64,000 nt of DNA from Candidatus Bathyarchaeota archaeon (GTDB taxonomy: Archaea; Thermoproteota; Bathyarchaeia; Bathyarchaeales; Bathycorpusculaceae): positions 2,304,001 through 2,368,000 of the forward strand of contig OY969706.1 in the NCBI GenBank assembly GCA_963702095.1, read 5' to 3'. A program made the position numbers and the translations under genes. The first letter of the stretch is position 1. Each line of letters begins with the position of its first letter. Shown here piece by piece: positions 40,400-50,318 of this stretch. The notes under the pieces were generated by a model, which ran no database searches, was not told the DNA's origin, and saw only the letters and a list, made by a program, of their open reading frames with translations.

Positions 40400-40810
40400 T
40401 TAAGGAGTAGCTTTTTTCCACTCATTCATCAACATGCCATAGCAGGCGTCGTTTTCCTCAAACACAGAAAACCAGCCGAGGTTCTGCGCGAGCTTCTGCG
40501 TCAACAAATGATAACACATATGCACTTTCTTGTCCAACACGCGGAAGTAGAAGTCGTCGCAGGGGCAAAACTCGGCTTCGGGCATGATGAGATAATCGCG
40601 TTCCCTGCCCACCACAATCCACACCACTCGTCCCGACGGCTTAAAAGTGTATTTTTTTACTCTGCCCTCTTTCACTGCGTCAAGTGCCTTGGTGAAACGT
40701 GGCCCAAAAAGTTCATAGAGCCTGTTTAGGTTGTCGCCTGAGAGTTTCCCCGCTGCTTTGGCTTCGCGGCAAATAGCGTTTAAGGTTTCGTCTTCGGAAC
40801 TGTCACTCAT
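40400..40810 (-). CDS. SWIM zinc finger protein
   Basis: FCPCDDF...MCYH SWIM motif. Confidence 0.85.
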   Translation of the reverse strand: MSDSSEDETLNAICREAKAAGKLSGDNLNRLYELFGPRFTKALDAVKEGRVKKYTFKPSGRVVWIVVGRERDYLIMPEAEFCPCDDFYFRVLDKKVHMCYHLLTQKLAQNLGWFSVFEENDACYGMLMNEWKKATP

Positions 40811-40851
40811 CAGTACTCAAGGTATTATTGTGGGCGAGGGGAATTTAGGTT

Positions 40852-41457
40852 TTAGCCTATGTTTATGGGTTCGCCCCTCGATTTGGAGGGTTCAGCCTTG
40901 GGCAATATGACTTCTAAAACACCGTTTTTGTAGGTGGATGCAGCTTCTTTCACGCGGACTTTGGTGGGCAACTGCACTTCCTTGTAGTACTTGTACTGCG
41001 GCGTATCCACAGAGATGTCTATGGAGTCTTCGGTTCCATGCAGTTTAATATCGGTTTTCTCTACCCCCGGCAATTCAGCTACCACACGCACTTCGGACTC
41101 ATTCTCCACAATATCCACCAGCGGCTCGCGTTCCTCTTTGACTTCGGGGGGTCCTTTGAGGCCTTTTTTGATGTTGCCGAACTCTTGGATTTCAGGTTTC
41201 CCATCGGACCCGATTTTCATGCTGTAACCATAAACGAATGGTCCAAGCTCCTTAACTGTGCTGCCGTCGGGTAACTTACGTTCTTTGACGTATTCCTTTG
41301 GCACTTTTTCAGTGAAGTCTTTGAGTTCCTCATCCACCATCTTCTCCATCTCCTTGAACATGTCATCTATGTCGCCGAAGAAGGGATCTTTGTTTGGGCT
41401 GCGGCGTCTTTTGAACCATTCAGAAAAATCGTTATTATCTGAAGACACACAATTCAC
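40852..41457 (-). CDS. hsp20: Archaeal small heat shock protein Hsp20
   Basis: GPFVYGYSMKIGSDGKP, EREPLVD, AELPGVEK and YKNGVLEV motifs. Confidence 0.92.
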   Translation of the reverse strand: MNCVSSDNNDFSEWFKRRRSPNKDPFFGDIDDMFKEMEKMVDEELKDFTEKVPKEYVKERKLPDGSTVKELGPFVYGYSMKIGSDGKPEIQEFGNIKKGLKGPPEVKEEREPLVDIVENESEVRVVAELPGVEKTDIKLHGTEDSIDISVDTPQYKYYKEVQLPTKVRVKEAASTYKNGVLEVILPKAEPSKSRGEPINIG

Positions 41458-41793
41458 CTAAGGCTAATTGTTGTTTTTTCAATCCAATAAATTTATTGCA
41501 CAAAATTGCGGCATCGCTATGTTGGCTGAGGCACTTTTGGCTTAAAGGCATGCTGGTTGGGCTCTGTTGCTCTGCCGCTACCTCCCTCCTCCTATTTTGG
41601 AAAATCTGAATTGGTTTTTTGTTCTTCTAGTGTTAGAAGAAGAGGATGCCGCCCTTACTCATCATCTTCTCAGGGACATGGCAAGCAACTGTGTTTTGCG
41701 TTCGGCAATAGAGATGCGATGCTGGCTGGTTGAGGGCAAATCCTCAAGCAGAACCAAAAAAACCCTTTGACTCCCCATTAAAGGCACAAGCCG

Positions 41794-42651
41794 CTACTTT
41801 TTGGGCAACCTACGCCACAACGCAACCAACCCAACCGCCAAAACAGCAACCACCACAACCAACCCAACAATAGCGATTTCTTCCCAATCTAGACTCAGTA
41901 TAACCCCACTTTGAGTCTGCGGTTGGTTGAAAGCTTCCGATGGGTAAAGCGTGGGTGTAGCAGTCGAGTTTTCGGCAGGCATTGGCAAAGAAGGGGAAGG
42001 CGTCGTCGTTGATAGGGTTACTATTGAGGCTCCGTTGACTAAGGTTAACGTTTGCGTGGGGCTCCATTCGCTTACGTCGACCAGTGCAATCGCTGGCTCT
42101 GAGTCGCCGCCGTATTGAGGATAGAGCGGATGCATCGGAACATACATCTGCGTGTTCTGCGCCAAGACGGCTTCAACACGGAAATCGACAGAGGAATTGT
42201 CTGGGTAATCAGGCGGCAACGAAAAAACAGTGTATTGAGAGTCCGATTGCTCTGGACCGTGGTTTGATAGGTAGTTGGAGCTGGTGTTTAGATAGGAATC
42301 CGTGTAGGTTGTATAGGTGTTAGGTGGATACTTGTCTGACCAGTATTGCCCAAAATGGCCTTTAACCTCAACATCATAGAATAAACGGTAGCCCTCGCTT
42401 ACAAGTTGATTCTTAATGGTTATCTCGATTGTCCAGTTGTCATAGTGGCCGCCCTGGTTGGTAACGACAGTTTCTCCAGTGTACTGGTCGATAGTTGACT
42501 CTTGCGCGACATCATAGGGGTGATTTATATACTGCACAGTAAATTGGGGCACAGACGGCTTGGGTACTGCTTGTACAGAACCTGATTCAAGCCACAGCAA
42601 ACACGACGCTGCCAAGAAAAATACAAGAGTTAATGAGAGTATCTTGCGCAT
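41794..42651 (-). CDS. Secreted surface protein with C-terminal TM anchor
   Basis: Signal peptide, PKPSVPQFTVQ, SEWSPTQTL, a P/T linker, then TM + WRRLPKK. Confidence 0.8.
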   Translation of the reverse strand: MRKILSLTLVFFLAASCLLWLESGSVQAVPKPSVPQFTVQYINHPYDVAQESTIDQYTGETVVTNQGGHYDNWTIEITIKNQLVSEGYRLFYDVEVKGHFGQYWSDKYPPNTYTTYTDSYLNTSSNYLSNHGPEQSDSQYTVFSLPPDYPDNSSVDFRVEAVLAQNTQMYVPMHPLYPQYGGDSEPAIALVDVSEWSPTQTLTLVNGASIVTLSTTTPSPSLPMPAENSTATPTLYPSEAFNQPQTQSGVILSLDWEEIAIVGLVVVVAVLAVGLVALWRRLPKK

Positions 42652-42657
42652 ATTGTT

Positions 42658-43467
42658 CTATGCCCTCCTTCTACGTGAAAGCAGCAACACAACAACCAAC
42701 ACAGCAATCGCCGTGCAAGCCACCGCAAGGGCGATGTCTTTCCAAGTGAACCCAGATTGGACATCTGTTTGGGTGTTGGGTTGGATGGGTGCTTCGGTGG
42801 AGTTCTGTGTAGGTTCAACTCTACAGCTATCATTTAGTGTGGCTTGGAGAGGTGTGGGCGAAGGTGTAACTGATTGGCTATTTGAAACTTGGCTGTTGCT
42901 CAGGTCAATCGTTTGAGTGCTGCTCCAGCCGCTTGCTGAATCAAGGCTGAACCCGGTGCCCATCGGTTGTATCCCGCTTTGACTCCATACAAGATATTTG
43001 GTTCCCGTTACTGCCTGAACCCGGACATCCACTTGGTTGCCTGTTAAGAGGTACCAGCAATCGGAGTTAAGAGGGAATGTTACAACGGTTTCCTCAGAAG
43101 TTGACGGCTCGACAGTGTATCTGCCACGAAAATCAGAGCCAGTGATTGGCCAACTTTCAAAGTGACTTTTCGCCTCAATATTGTAGAATAACCCCGTTAT
43201 GTTCCCGGAGTCTTCTGTGCGTGTAAACGGCTGATTTTTTATTACTACATCGATCGTTCGATTCTCAACGCGATGTGCTGGGGTGGTTATTGTCTCCCCC
43301 GTGAGGGGGTTGGTCGAGTAGGAAGTTGCAACATCGTAGGAGCGGTCGACCAGTTTTACCGTGACTTGTGGCACAGACGGATTAGAGGCTGCAGACGCGA
43401 AGTGGATAACCGTTAAACTTGAAACTAATAGAACCGCTATGAGTGTTATGGTGATTGTTCTGCTCAT
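42658..43467 (-). CDS. Secreted surface protein with C-terminal TM anchor, paralog of 41794-42651
   Basis: From ATG 43467: signal peptide, NPSVPQVTVK, SGWSSTQTI, then TM + RRRRA. Confidence 0.8.
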   Translation of the reverse strand: MSRTITITLIAVLLVSSLTVIHFASAASNPSVPQVTVKLVDRSYDVATSYSTNPLTGETITTPAHRVENRTIDVVIKNQPFTRTEDSGNITGLFYNIEAKSHFESWPITGSDFRGRYTVEPSTSEETVVTFPLNSDCWYLLTGNQVDVRVQAVTGTKYLVWSQSGIQPMGTGFSLDSASGWSSTQTIDLSNSQVSNSQSVTPSPTPLQATLNDSCRVEPTQNSTEAPIQPNTQTDVQSGFTWKDIALAVACTAIAVLVVVLLLSRRRRA

Positions 43468-43679
43468 GCTCTGCCACCACATAACCCTTGGCGTTGATTG
43501 CCAATTAAAGGGTTCTTGTACAGGTTCCTTGACAAAGCTTAGTCTACGTTTCTTGACTAACCATCGATTCCAACATTGAATGGGATAGCCCATATTCCAA
43601 AGAAGCCTTAAAGTGCACTTTTTTAGTAAATATTATATGCTTGCTTTTCCTTTTCGATTGGCATCAAGGGTAAGCTACT

Positions 43680-45182
43680 TTGTCGCATCAAGAAAAAACC
43701 CGCACAATAGAGGAAATTAATGCGAAAATACGCAAAGGCGACGCGCAGGTCCTCACCGCCGAAGAAATGAAACGGTTGGTTGAGAGCAGCGGCGTAGAAG
43801 TCGCCTTCAAAGAAGTGGATGTTGTCACAACCGGCACTTTTGGCGCCATGTGCAGCAGCGGCGCAATCGTCAACCTCGGCCACTCCGATCCTCCAATCAA
43901 AATTGACAGGGCATGGATAAACGACGTGGCAGTCACACACCCCGGTGCGGCAGTGGACTTATTCATTGGTGCCACTAACATTTCTGAGAGGCATAACTAC
44001 GATTATGGCGGAGGCCACGTCATCTCTGATCTTGTCGCGGGTAAAGAAGTAGAGTTCCGCGCAACAGGCATCGGCACAGACTGCTATCCCCGAACCTCAG
44101 TCAAAACCACCCTCACCAAAAACGACCTCAACCAATTCTACCTACTCAACTTCCGCAACTGCTACCAACGCTACAACTGCGCAGTCAACGGCAGCGACGA
44201 AATCATCTACACCTACATGAGCAAACTCCTGCCCCGACTCCACAACGCCACCTTTTCAGGCGCAGGTGAACTCAACCCACTGATGAATGACCCTGACTAC
44301 GAAACCATGGGGTTGGGCACCCGCATTTTCTTGGGCGGCGGACAAGGCTACATCATAGGCGAAGGCACCCAGCATAGCCCCCAAAACCAAGACGGCACCT
44401 TAATGGTTAAAGGCGACGCGAAACAGATGTCGCCAGAGTTTCTGCAGGGCGCCAGTTTCACCCGATACGGCACCAGCATGTACGTGGGCTTAGGCGTCCC
44501 CATACCCATCCTCAACATGGGCTTAGCCAAAAAAACCGCCATACGCGACAGCGAAATCTTCACAAGCATCGTCGATTACAGTGTGCCGCGGCGGGACCGT
44601 CCCAAACTGGGCAAAGTCAGCTACCAAGAACTCAAATCAGGCAGCATAACGGTAAAAGATAAGAAAGTCCGTGTTAGCTCGCTTTCCAGCCTAAAAATGG
44701 CAAAAAAGGTTTCGAGGACGCTGAAAAGCTGGATTGAAGAGGGCACATTCACATTAACCTCGCCAGTGGAGCGGTTGCCCACCAACACCGTTTTTAAGCC
44801 GATGCGCCAAACTGAGGAAATCCCATTCGTCGTCAGCGTCATGCACTCTGCGGTCACCTGCACCGAAGACGAAGCCATCCGCGCCATCGCCGAACGCATA
44901 GTCACCAAATCAGTCAACCACATCGTCGTAGTAGACGAAACAGGCAAACTCAAAGGCATCGTCACTTCATGGGACATCACCCGCGCCATGGCAGAAGGCA
45001 AAAAAGCACTCGCCGACATCGAATCACACAACGTCATAACCGCCAAACCAGACGAGCCATTGGAAATCGCTTCTAAACGCATGGCACAACATAACATCTC
45101 CGCGTTGCCAGTGGTGGACATAGAAAAGAAAGTGTTAGGCATCATCACAGCTGAGGATGTCTCTAAACTGTTAGGACAGTAA
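43680..45182 (+). CDS. L-aspartate semialdehyde sulfurtransferase (COG1900/DUF39 + CBS pair; MA1821-like homocysteine biosynthesis protein)
   Basis: RTIEEINAKI, VDVVTTGTFGAMCSSG, TDCYPR and GTRIFLGG motifs; two C-terminal CBS domains. Confidence 0.9.
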   Translation: MSHQEKTRTIEEINAKIRKGDAQVLTAEEMKRLVESSGVEVAFKEVDVVTTGTFGAMCSSGAIVNLGHSDPPIKIDRAWINDVAVTHPGAAVDLFIGATNISERHNYDYGGGHVISDLVAGKEVEFRATGIGTDCYPRTSVKTTLTKNDLNQFYLLNFRNCYQRYNCAVNGSDEIIYTYMSKLLPRLHNATFSGAGELNPLMNDPDYETMGLGTRIFLGGGQGYIIGEGTQHSPQNQDGTLMVKGDAKQMSPEFLQGASFTRYGTSMYVGLGVPIPILNMGLAKKTAIRDSEIFTSIVDYSVPRRDRPKLGKVSYQELKSGSITVKDKKVRVSSLSSLKMAKKVSRTLKSWIEEGTFTLTSPVERLPTNTVFKPMRQTEEIPFVVSVMHSAVTCTEDEAIRAIAERIVTKSVNHIVVVDETGKLKGIVTSWDITRAMAEGKKALADIESHNVITAKPDEPLEIASKRMAQHNISALPVVDIEKKVLGIITAEDVSKLLGQ

Positions 45183-45187
45183 CAACT

Positions 45188-45616
45188 ATGGGAAGAATAC
45201 TTATCCGTTTCAACGAAGAAAAAGTGTCCGAGCCAATCGCCTCCCAAATCATCATCGAATACAAAGTGCCCATGGCAATCCTCTCAGCCCACATAAACTC
45301 CAAAGGCGGCGAAATCCTAGCCGAAATCCCCGACGACATGCAGGAAAAAGTGGTGGCGGCTTTCCGCAAACGCGGCGTAACCGTAACCGTGCCCAAACTC
45401 ATCGAAGTCGACACCGACAAATGCTTCAGCTGCGGCTCCTGCGTGGCGCTGTGCCCCGTCGAAGCCATCAGCATAGACAAAGACTTAACCGTCCAATTTA
45501 ACAAGGAGAAATGCCTCGGCAGCACCTGCAGCATCTGCGTCGACGCCTGCCCAGCACGGGCTATAAAGTCGCTAAAACCCAACGGCGGAGACCAAAACAG
45601 GGACAAAAAAACTTGA
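45188..45616 (+). CDS. NIL domain + 4Fe-4S ferredoxin (MA1822-like)
   Basis: N-terminal NIL-like domain; CFSCGSCVALCP and CSICVDACP motifs; directly follows the COG1900 gene. Confidence 0.85.
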   Translation: MGRILIRFNEEKVSEPIASQIIIEYKVPMAILSAHINSKGGEILAEIPDDMQEKVVAAFRKRGVTVTVPKLIEVDTDKCFSCGSCVALCPVEAISIDKDLTVQFNKEKCLGSTCSICVDACPARAIKSLKPNGGDQNRDKKT

Positions 45617-46317
45617 ATGACATACTCATCAAAGAAAACTTTACCCAAAAAGAATCCCAATGCACCATAATCTCTGACCGCGCAGAAGCCATAGAAGCCG
45701 CCAAAGAATCAATCCGCCGCAACCGTTTTGAACTCGAACTCTACGTCAGAGCCAACCCCAAATTTCTCTACACCTTAACGCCGATTCTAGCGCCCCAGAA
45801 GCCACTTGTGGCACGGTTGATGACTGAGGCTGCAGCGAAAGCGGATGTGGGTCCCATGGCGGCGGTCGCAGGAGCCATCGCGGATTTAGCGGTTTTGGAC
45901 ATGAAGCGGGTGGGCTGCAGGGTAGCGGTGGTGGAGAATGGCGGCGAAATCATGGCTGACTCCGATCAGCCTGTGGACATAGCGGTTGCTGCTGGGCAAG
46001 AGCCACTTTCTAAACGGTTCGGTTTCCGCCTAACAGAGTTCCCCATTGCAGTCGCCACGAGTTCGGGGCGCTTCAGCCATGCATTCAGCTTTGGCGAGGC
46101 GGAGGCAGCGACGGTTTTTGCTGGGAATGCGGCTTTGGCGGATGCGACAGCGACGGCAGTGGGCAACGTGGTGAAGGGTGAGGACGCAGAAGCAGCGATT
46201 CATGCTGGCATCAAAAGGGGCTTGTCCATCGAGGGCATCGAGGGGGTCTTGATTATCTATAAGGGGCAGGTTGGGACCGCCGGCAAGATTCCCCAAATAT
46301 TAAAAGTCGACCCCTGA
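45613..46317 (+). CDS. UPF0280/COG2122 ApbE-like protein (MA1715-like)
   Basis: VGPMAAVAGAIAD, VENGGE, ATSSG...SFG and ADATATA motifs; its TTG overlaps the upstream stop. Confidence 0.85.
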   Translation: MNDILIKENFTQKESQCTIISDRAEAIEAAKESIRRNRFELELYVRANPKFLYTLTPILAPQKPLVARLMTEAAAKADVGPMAAVAGAIADLAVLDMKRVGCRVAVVENGGEIMADSDQPVDIAVAAGQEPLSKRFGFRLTEFPIAVATSSGRFSHAFSFGEAEAATVFAGNAALADATATAVGNVVKGEDAEAAIHAGIKRGLSIEGIEGVLIIYKGQVGTAGKIPQILKVDP

Positions 46318-46386
46318 TTGTGCGTCACCTCTGAGACACGCCAAGCGCTAATCTCTTCCGCATACACATTTTAGGGTTGGCTTGCC

Positions 46387-48039
46387 ATGACAGCGCAGAT
46401 TACCACCGAAAACACTGTTGTAGCTCAAGCGTCAGCTCTGCCGCCTAAAAAGCAGATCAGCCTCGACGAAATTGTAGAGTCATTCGACTCGGTCACACAG
46501 GACATCGTGCAGATTGGCAAGTTAGCCACCGAGGAAAAAACGGTTTTCGCCCAGTTCCTCGAGTCGCTGAAAAATCATCTTGAACCCTTATGTAGGCCCG
46601 TCGAGGTTTCAACGTCCATAGTGCCAATAGACTTAGGAGTGGTAAACCAAGCACACATCAAATGCACTGGGCATTTGGAGTTGACTTTCGTTGACGGGCA
46701 TAACGATCTTGTGGACCTAGGCGAACCCAGAAACCGCGACCTCATGATGGCGGTAATCGACGACGTTATGCCCAAGTTTGAAGCCTTAATCGGTGAAATA
46801 GAAGAGGAAAACCGTCGCAGAGCCAACTATAAAGAGCCGCTGCAGGTCGAGGTTGCTTTGCCGCAGACTCCAGCGCCAGTCATCCCTCAACCAGAGATTG
46901 TTCCAGTGGTTGCTGTGGAGCCGCCTGCAGCCGAATTACCCATCAGCCTGCCTGAACCTGTGACTCCAGAACCTGAGCCTGAGCCGCCCCAGATAGACCC
47001 CACGATAGCCCTTATGGAGGAACGCAACGCCCAAATTGAAGCCATCACAGCCGAAACCCTCACTTACCTAGACATGTTGGGAAGCGAAATGTTTGAGCAG
47101 AAACCTGTGAGCAAATACTTCGACGACTGGATGGGGAACCTCCGCCAAGTCATCCTCTCCTTTGAATCCAGCGAAGCCATAGGCGCATACGAAGACGAAG
47201 CCTTCGCCGCCCAGTACAACCAAATCTTTAGCAAAATCCAAACTGAACTTGACAACAGAATCGCCGACGAAGCAGAAATCGCCGCCTCGTACCTCACTCT
47301 CGCCGAAAACCGCCATCTCCTCAACAAAATCGACGAAGAACATACAGCTAAAACTAAACAGTTGGTTGAGAAGGGAGCAAGCGTCATCGAAACGCTGATG
47401 CGTAACGCAGCAAACATCGAGCGGGAACTCTCTGAGGTGCAAGCAGTCCAAGTCAGTTATCGTCATCCGATGCTAAGAATGGCTAAAGACCAAAAGGCAG
47501 AGGAACTAACCCAAAGATTAAACGCTGTTAAGAGGCGGCTGGCACTGGCAGTCGGTTATTCCTCCACGAACGCGGGTAAAGGCGACGTCGAAGCACAGTT
47601 TGTAGTGCAAACCAAGGCTCTTGAGGAGAAACGCAAAGTCGTCTTGATGCTACTAACCAAAAACTTCGATGACCTGGCAAACAAAATAGCCAAGCTAAAG
47701 AGGGCTAAAACAAGCAACCCCATCCACAACGTTGCCATTCAGCAGCAAGTGTATGAGACGGAGCAGAAACTGTTTGAAGCAAAGAAACAGCTCAAGCTGG
47801 CAGAGCAGAATTCCTCCTACGAAATGGCACGCCTGCGAGACGAGTCCGAGAAGAAGAAGCAGGCAGCATTGGGACAGGTGCAGACGCTTGAAAAGAACAT
47901 TGCCACCAAGGCGGTTGATAACTCGGCTGGGGTGCGTAAAGAGGCGGCTAAGGCGTTGGCGGAGGCAGTGAAGTCGCTGTCAGAGAAGAAAAAGGCAGCG
48001 TCGCTTTCTTTAACTAAAGAAAGGGCTCCTCAAGGTTAA
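46387..48039 (+). CDS. Hypothetical protein with Pro/Glu-rich linker and long coiled coil
   Basis: 550-aa ORF; PEPVTPEPEPEPP linker; heptad-rich C-terminal half. Confidence 0.7.
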   Translation: MTAQITTENTVVAQASALPPKKQISLDEIVESFDSVTQDIVQIGKLATEEKTVFAQFLESLKNHLEPLCRPVEVSTSIVPIDLGVVNQAHIKCTGHLELTFVDGHNDLVDLGEPRNRDLMMAVIDDVMPKFEALIGEIEEENRRRANYKEPLQVEVALPQTPAPVIPQPEIVPVVAVEPPAAELPISLPEPVTPEPEPEPPQIDPTIALMEERNAQIEAITAETLTYLDMLGSEMFEQKPVSKYFDDWMGNLRQVILSFESSEAIGAYEDEAFAAQYNQIFSKIQTELDNRIADEAEIAASYLTLAENRHLLNKIDEEHTAKTKQLVEKGASVIETLMRNAANIERELSEVQAVQVSYRHPMLRMAKDQKAEELTQRLNAVKRRLALAVGYSSTNAGKGDVEAQFVVQTKALEEKRKVVLMLLTKNFDDLANKIAKLKRAKTSNPIHNVAIQQQVYETEQKLFEAKKQLKLAEQNSSYEMARLRDESEKKKQAALGQVQTLEKNIATKAVDNSAGVRKEAAKALAEAVKSLSEKKKAASLSLTKERAPQG

Positions 48040-48120
48040 GCTCTAAAACCGTTTCTAGCCTATAACTTTTTTACAAACATTTACCCATGAATTATCAAAA
48101 GCCAGACCGGTCAGTGTTGT

Positions 48121-48366
48121 TTAGTAAAGTTTTGAGTTGAAGTACCGCACAAGCTTAACGCCGAGGGGCAGGACAAGAAACGCTTGAGTTGTGCCTGTGA
48201 ACTCTTTTTTGAGTGCGTTTTGTTCCTGCAAGAAGGATAGACGTTTTTCTAGTTCTGTGCTGTCTATTTGGGTGGCGTTTTGGATTTCACTGAGTTGGAG
48301 GGGTCGCTGGTTTATGATGATAACTTGCAGAATGGCCAGGTAATCTTCCAGTTTAGTCCGATGCAA
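48121..48366 (-). CDS. Small winged-helix DNA-binding protein
   Basis: 'HRTKLEDYLAILQ...LSFLQEQNAL...LPLGVKLV' resembles archaeal small wHTH regulators. Confidence 0.7.
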   Translation of the reverse strand: MHRTKLEDYLAILQVIIINQRPLQLSEIQNATQIDSTELEKRLSFLQEQNALKKEFTGTTQAFLVLPLGVKLVRYFNSKLY

Positions 48367-48481
48367 TACGAGCGGGGCCTCTTTATTTGTGAAATACAGT
48401 AAGCGTCTACTATATACATATAACTGAAAACAAAAGCATCATGAGTCCAGATTTGCATCTCCCAAAATACCCAACTATTGG

Positions 48482-49342
48482 TTATCTGAGGATCAGAAGC
48501 CGTAACAGGAAAACCAGCGGCACCCATTCACCGTCAACCATTAGGGCAGCTTGCAGTCGGGGGCGGGTAGATTTGAAAAAGTACCAAATTAGCAGGCTTT
48601 CGTAAATAACTCCGAATCCTAAAGTAGGCAGATATTCAGTAAAGATTGCAGTGAATAAGCAGCAGATGAACCAGACGACCAATAAACCGTTGAAGCCTAA
48701 GAGAAGACATTTGGTTTTCTTTTGCCCTAACGCTAAGGGTACAGTTAGTATACCTGATTTGCGGTCACCTTGAATATCGAGGGTGTCAAAAATTATGGTG
48801 TTGACTAGAATTTGGATGAATATATAGATGAAAAGCATGACTTCTTTGTAAAAAGCGATTGATTGTATGGCGGAGGGTAGGAATGCGCCGGTAATGCCCC
48901 AACTTAACGCGACAACAACGCTTTTGACGCCTAAAATTTCTTTTAAACGCGGTATTGATTTGGCTATTTTGATGCTGTATGTGAACCCGATCATTAAAAT
49001 TGCAACTAAGATAAGTAACGCCGTTATACCTGCGGCTATGCCTAAGGCGATGCTTACAATTAAACTAGTCACTGACGGAACAAGGTAATAGAGGGTTTTG
49101 TTAGGGGCAGCCTCTAAGCGATTGATGGCGTCTTCTTTGCTGTCGGTAGCCATGTTTAAGCTGTAAATGGAGAATGTTAAAAAAAAAGCCGCCAAAACCA
49201 AAATCGGCGAAACCTGAATTTCATAGAGGAAGCTTGCAAAAACAAACACTAATGCCCCGTTAAGGGCCAAATAAATTGAGTTGGAGAAAGCTAATTTTAG
49301 GACCTTTGCTAACCAGGCTTTCTCTTTAGGGGTTATTCCAAT
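48482..49342 (-). CDS. UbiA family prenyltransferase (start possibly ATT 49342)
   Basis: NMATDSKEDAIN and DTLDIQGDRKSGILTVP Asp-rich motifs; multiple TMs. Confidence 0.85.
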   Translation of the reverse strand: MGITPKEKAWLAKVLKLAFSNSIYLALNGALVFVFASFLYEIQVSPILVLAAFFLTFSIYSLNMATDSKEDAINRLEAAPNKTLYYLVPSVTSLIVSIALGIAAGITALLILVAILMIGFTYSIKIAKSIPRLKEILGVKSVVVALSWGITGAFLPSAIQSIAFYKEVMLFIYIFIQILVNTIIFDTLDIQGDRKSGILTVPLALGQKKTKCLLLGFNGLLVVWFICCLFTAIFTEYLPTLGFGVIYESLLIWYFFKSTRPRLQAALMVDGEWVPLVFLLRLLILR

Positions 49343-50127
49343 TATACGCTCACCTTTTCCGCTCGTTTTAAGAAGCTTTGGAAAACCTCTTCGCCCCATT
49401 CCAAAGCCCGGGGATCAATCGAAACTAAATCCATAGTGTAATCGTATTGTCCATCTAGATGAAAAAGCCCCAGGGACAATATGCTTTCAGTGGTTGTTAA
49501 CGCGATTTTTATATCATCTAGCAAGTAAAGGTTTAATCGTCCTTCTACCATGAATTTATGGAAAAGCTCCCCTGTACCCGCGGAGATTGCGAATTCGAAG
49601 GTTTTGTTAAAGACTTCCTGGGTAATAATTAGGTCAACTGATCCTCCCACGTTTAAGACTTTTTGGAACAGGCTAACAAAGTCAGGGTGAAAAATCGGTG
49701 AAATACCAGTCACTTTATTGGTGTTTTCCACTATTTTCAAGAAATTATTGTGGACTTTGGATAATTCACTACGTTCGCTTTTCACCACGGATGAGGTTTG
49801 AAGCATACCGATTTTAAGCAGCGAACTGCTGGGTATCTGGTGAATGTCATGGGTTAACCAGAAAGTCTTGAATTTTTCCATGATTTCAGAGGCTCCCAAG
49901 CAGGCGTCACATAGATGTGCTTCAATACACCCGAGGGACGAGAGACTGTAAAACCCAGAATTTTTTGTGGTCAGGTCAAGTTTCTCGAATTCTTTTAGGG
50001 CATGGAGTATGGTTGTTGCGGTGCTGTCGATTTCGTTTTTTAAGTCTGAGAGCTTTTTATCGCCCCCAAGCAGGCTAATTAGAATTTTTTGTTTGAGTTC
50101 CGATCTGATTAATGCTCGGTACTCCAT
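49342..50127 (-). CDS. Winged-helix regulator with DUF1724-type C-terminal domain
   Basis: N-terminal HTH (RSELKQKILISL...TTILHALKEF); FWLTHD, SPIFHP, LSLGLF..DG.YD and ALEWG motifs. Confidence 0.85.
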   Translation of the reverse strand: MEYRALIRSELKQKILISLLGGDKKLSDLKNEIDSTATTILHALKEFEKLDLTTKNSGFYSLSSLGCIEAHLCDACLGASEIMEKFKTFWLTHDIHQIPSSSLLKIGMLQTSSVVKSERSELSKVHNNFLKIVENTNKVTGISPIFHPDFVSLFQKVLNVGGSVDLIITQEVFNKTFEFAISAGTGELFHKFMVEGRLNLYLLDDIKIALTTTESILSLGLFHLDGQYDYTMDLVSIDPRALEWGEEVFQSFLKRAEKVSV

Positions 50128-50318
50128 AAGTTCCCCCTCAGTTTAGAAATTATTCATTCAATACCATATTTAAGCGTTAAGACAAATAGGCAACTATTGG
50201 ACGCAGGTGAGGTGAGCGGTTTGCCCTCATGTTGATTGCTTTGTTTAGGCAACTTTGCCTAGTTTTGACAAGATTTATATTCTTAATCAACAAATGATGT
50301 AAAGCTAGGAGGCTAAAA

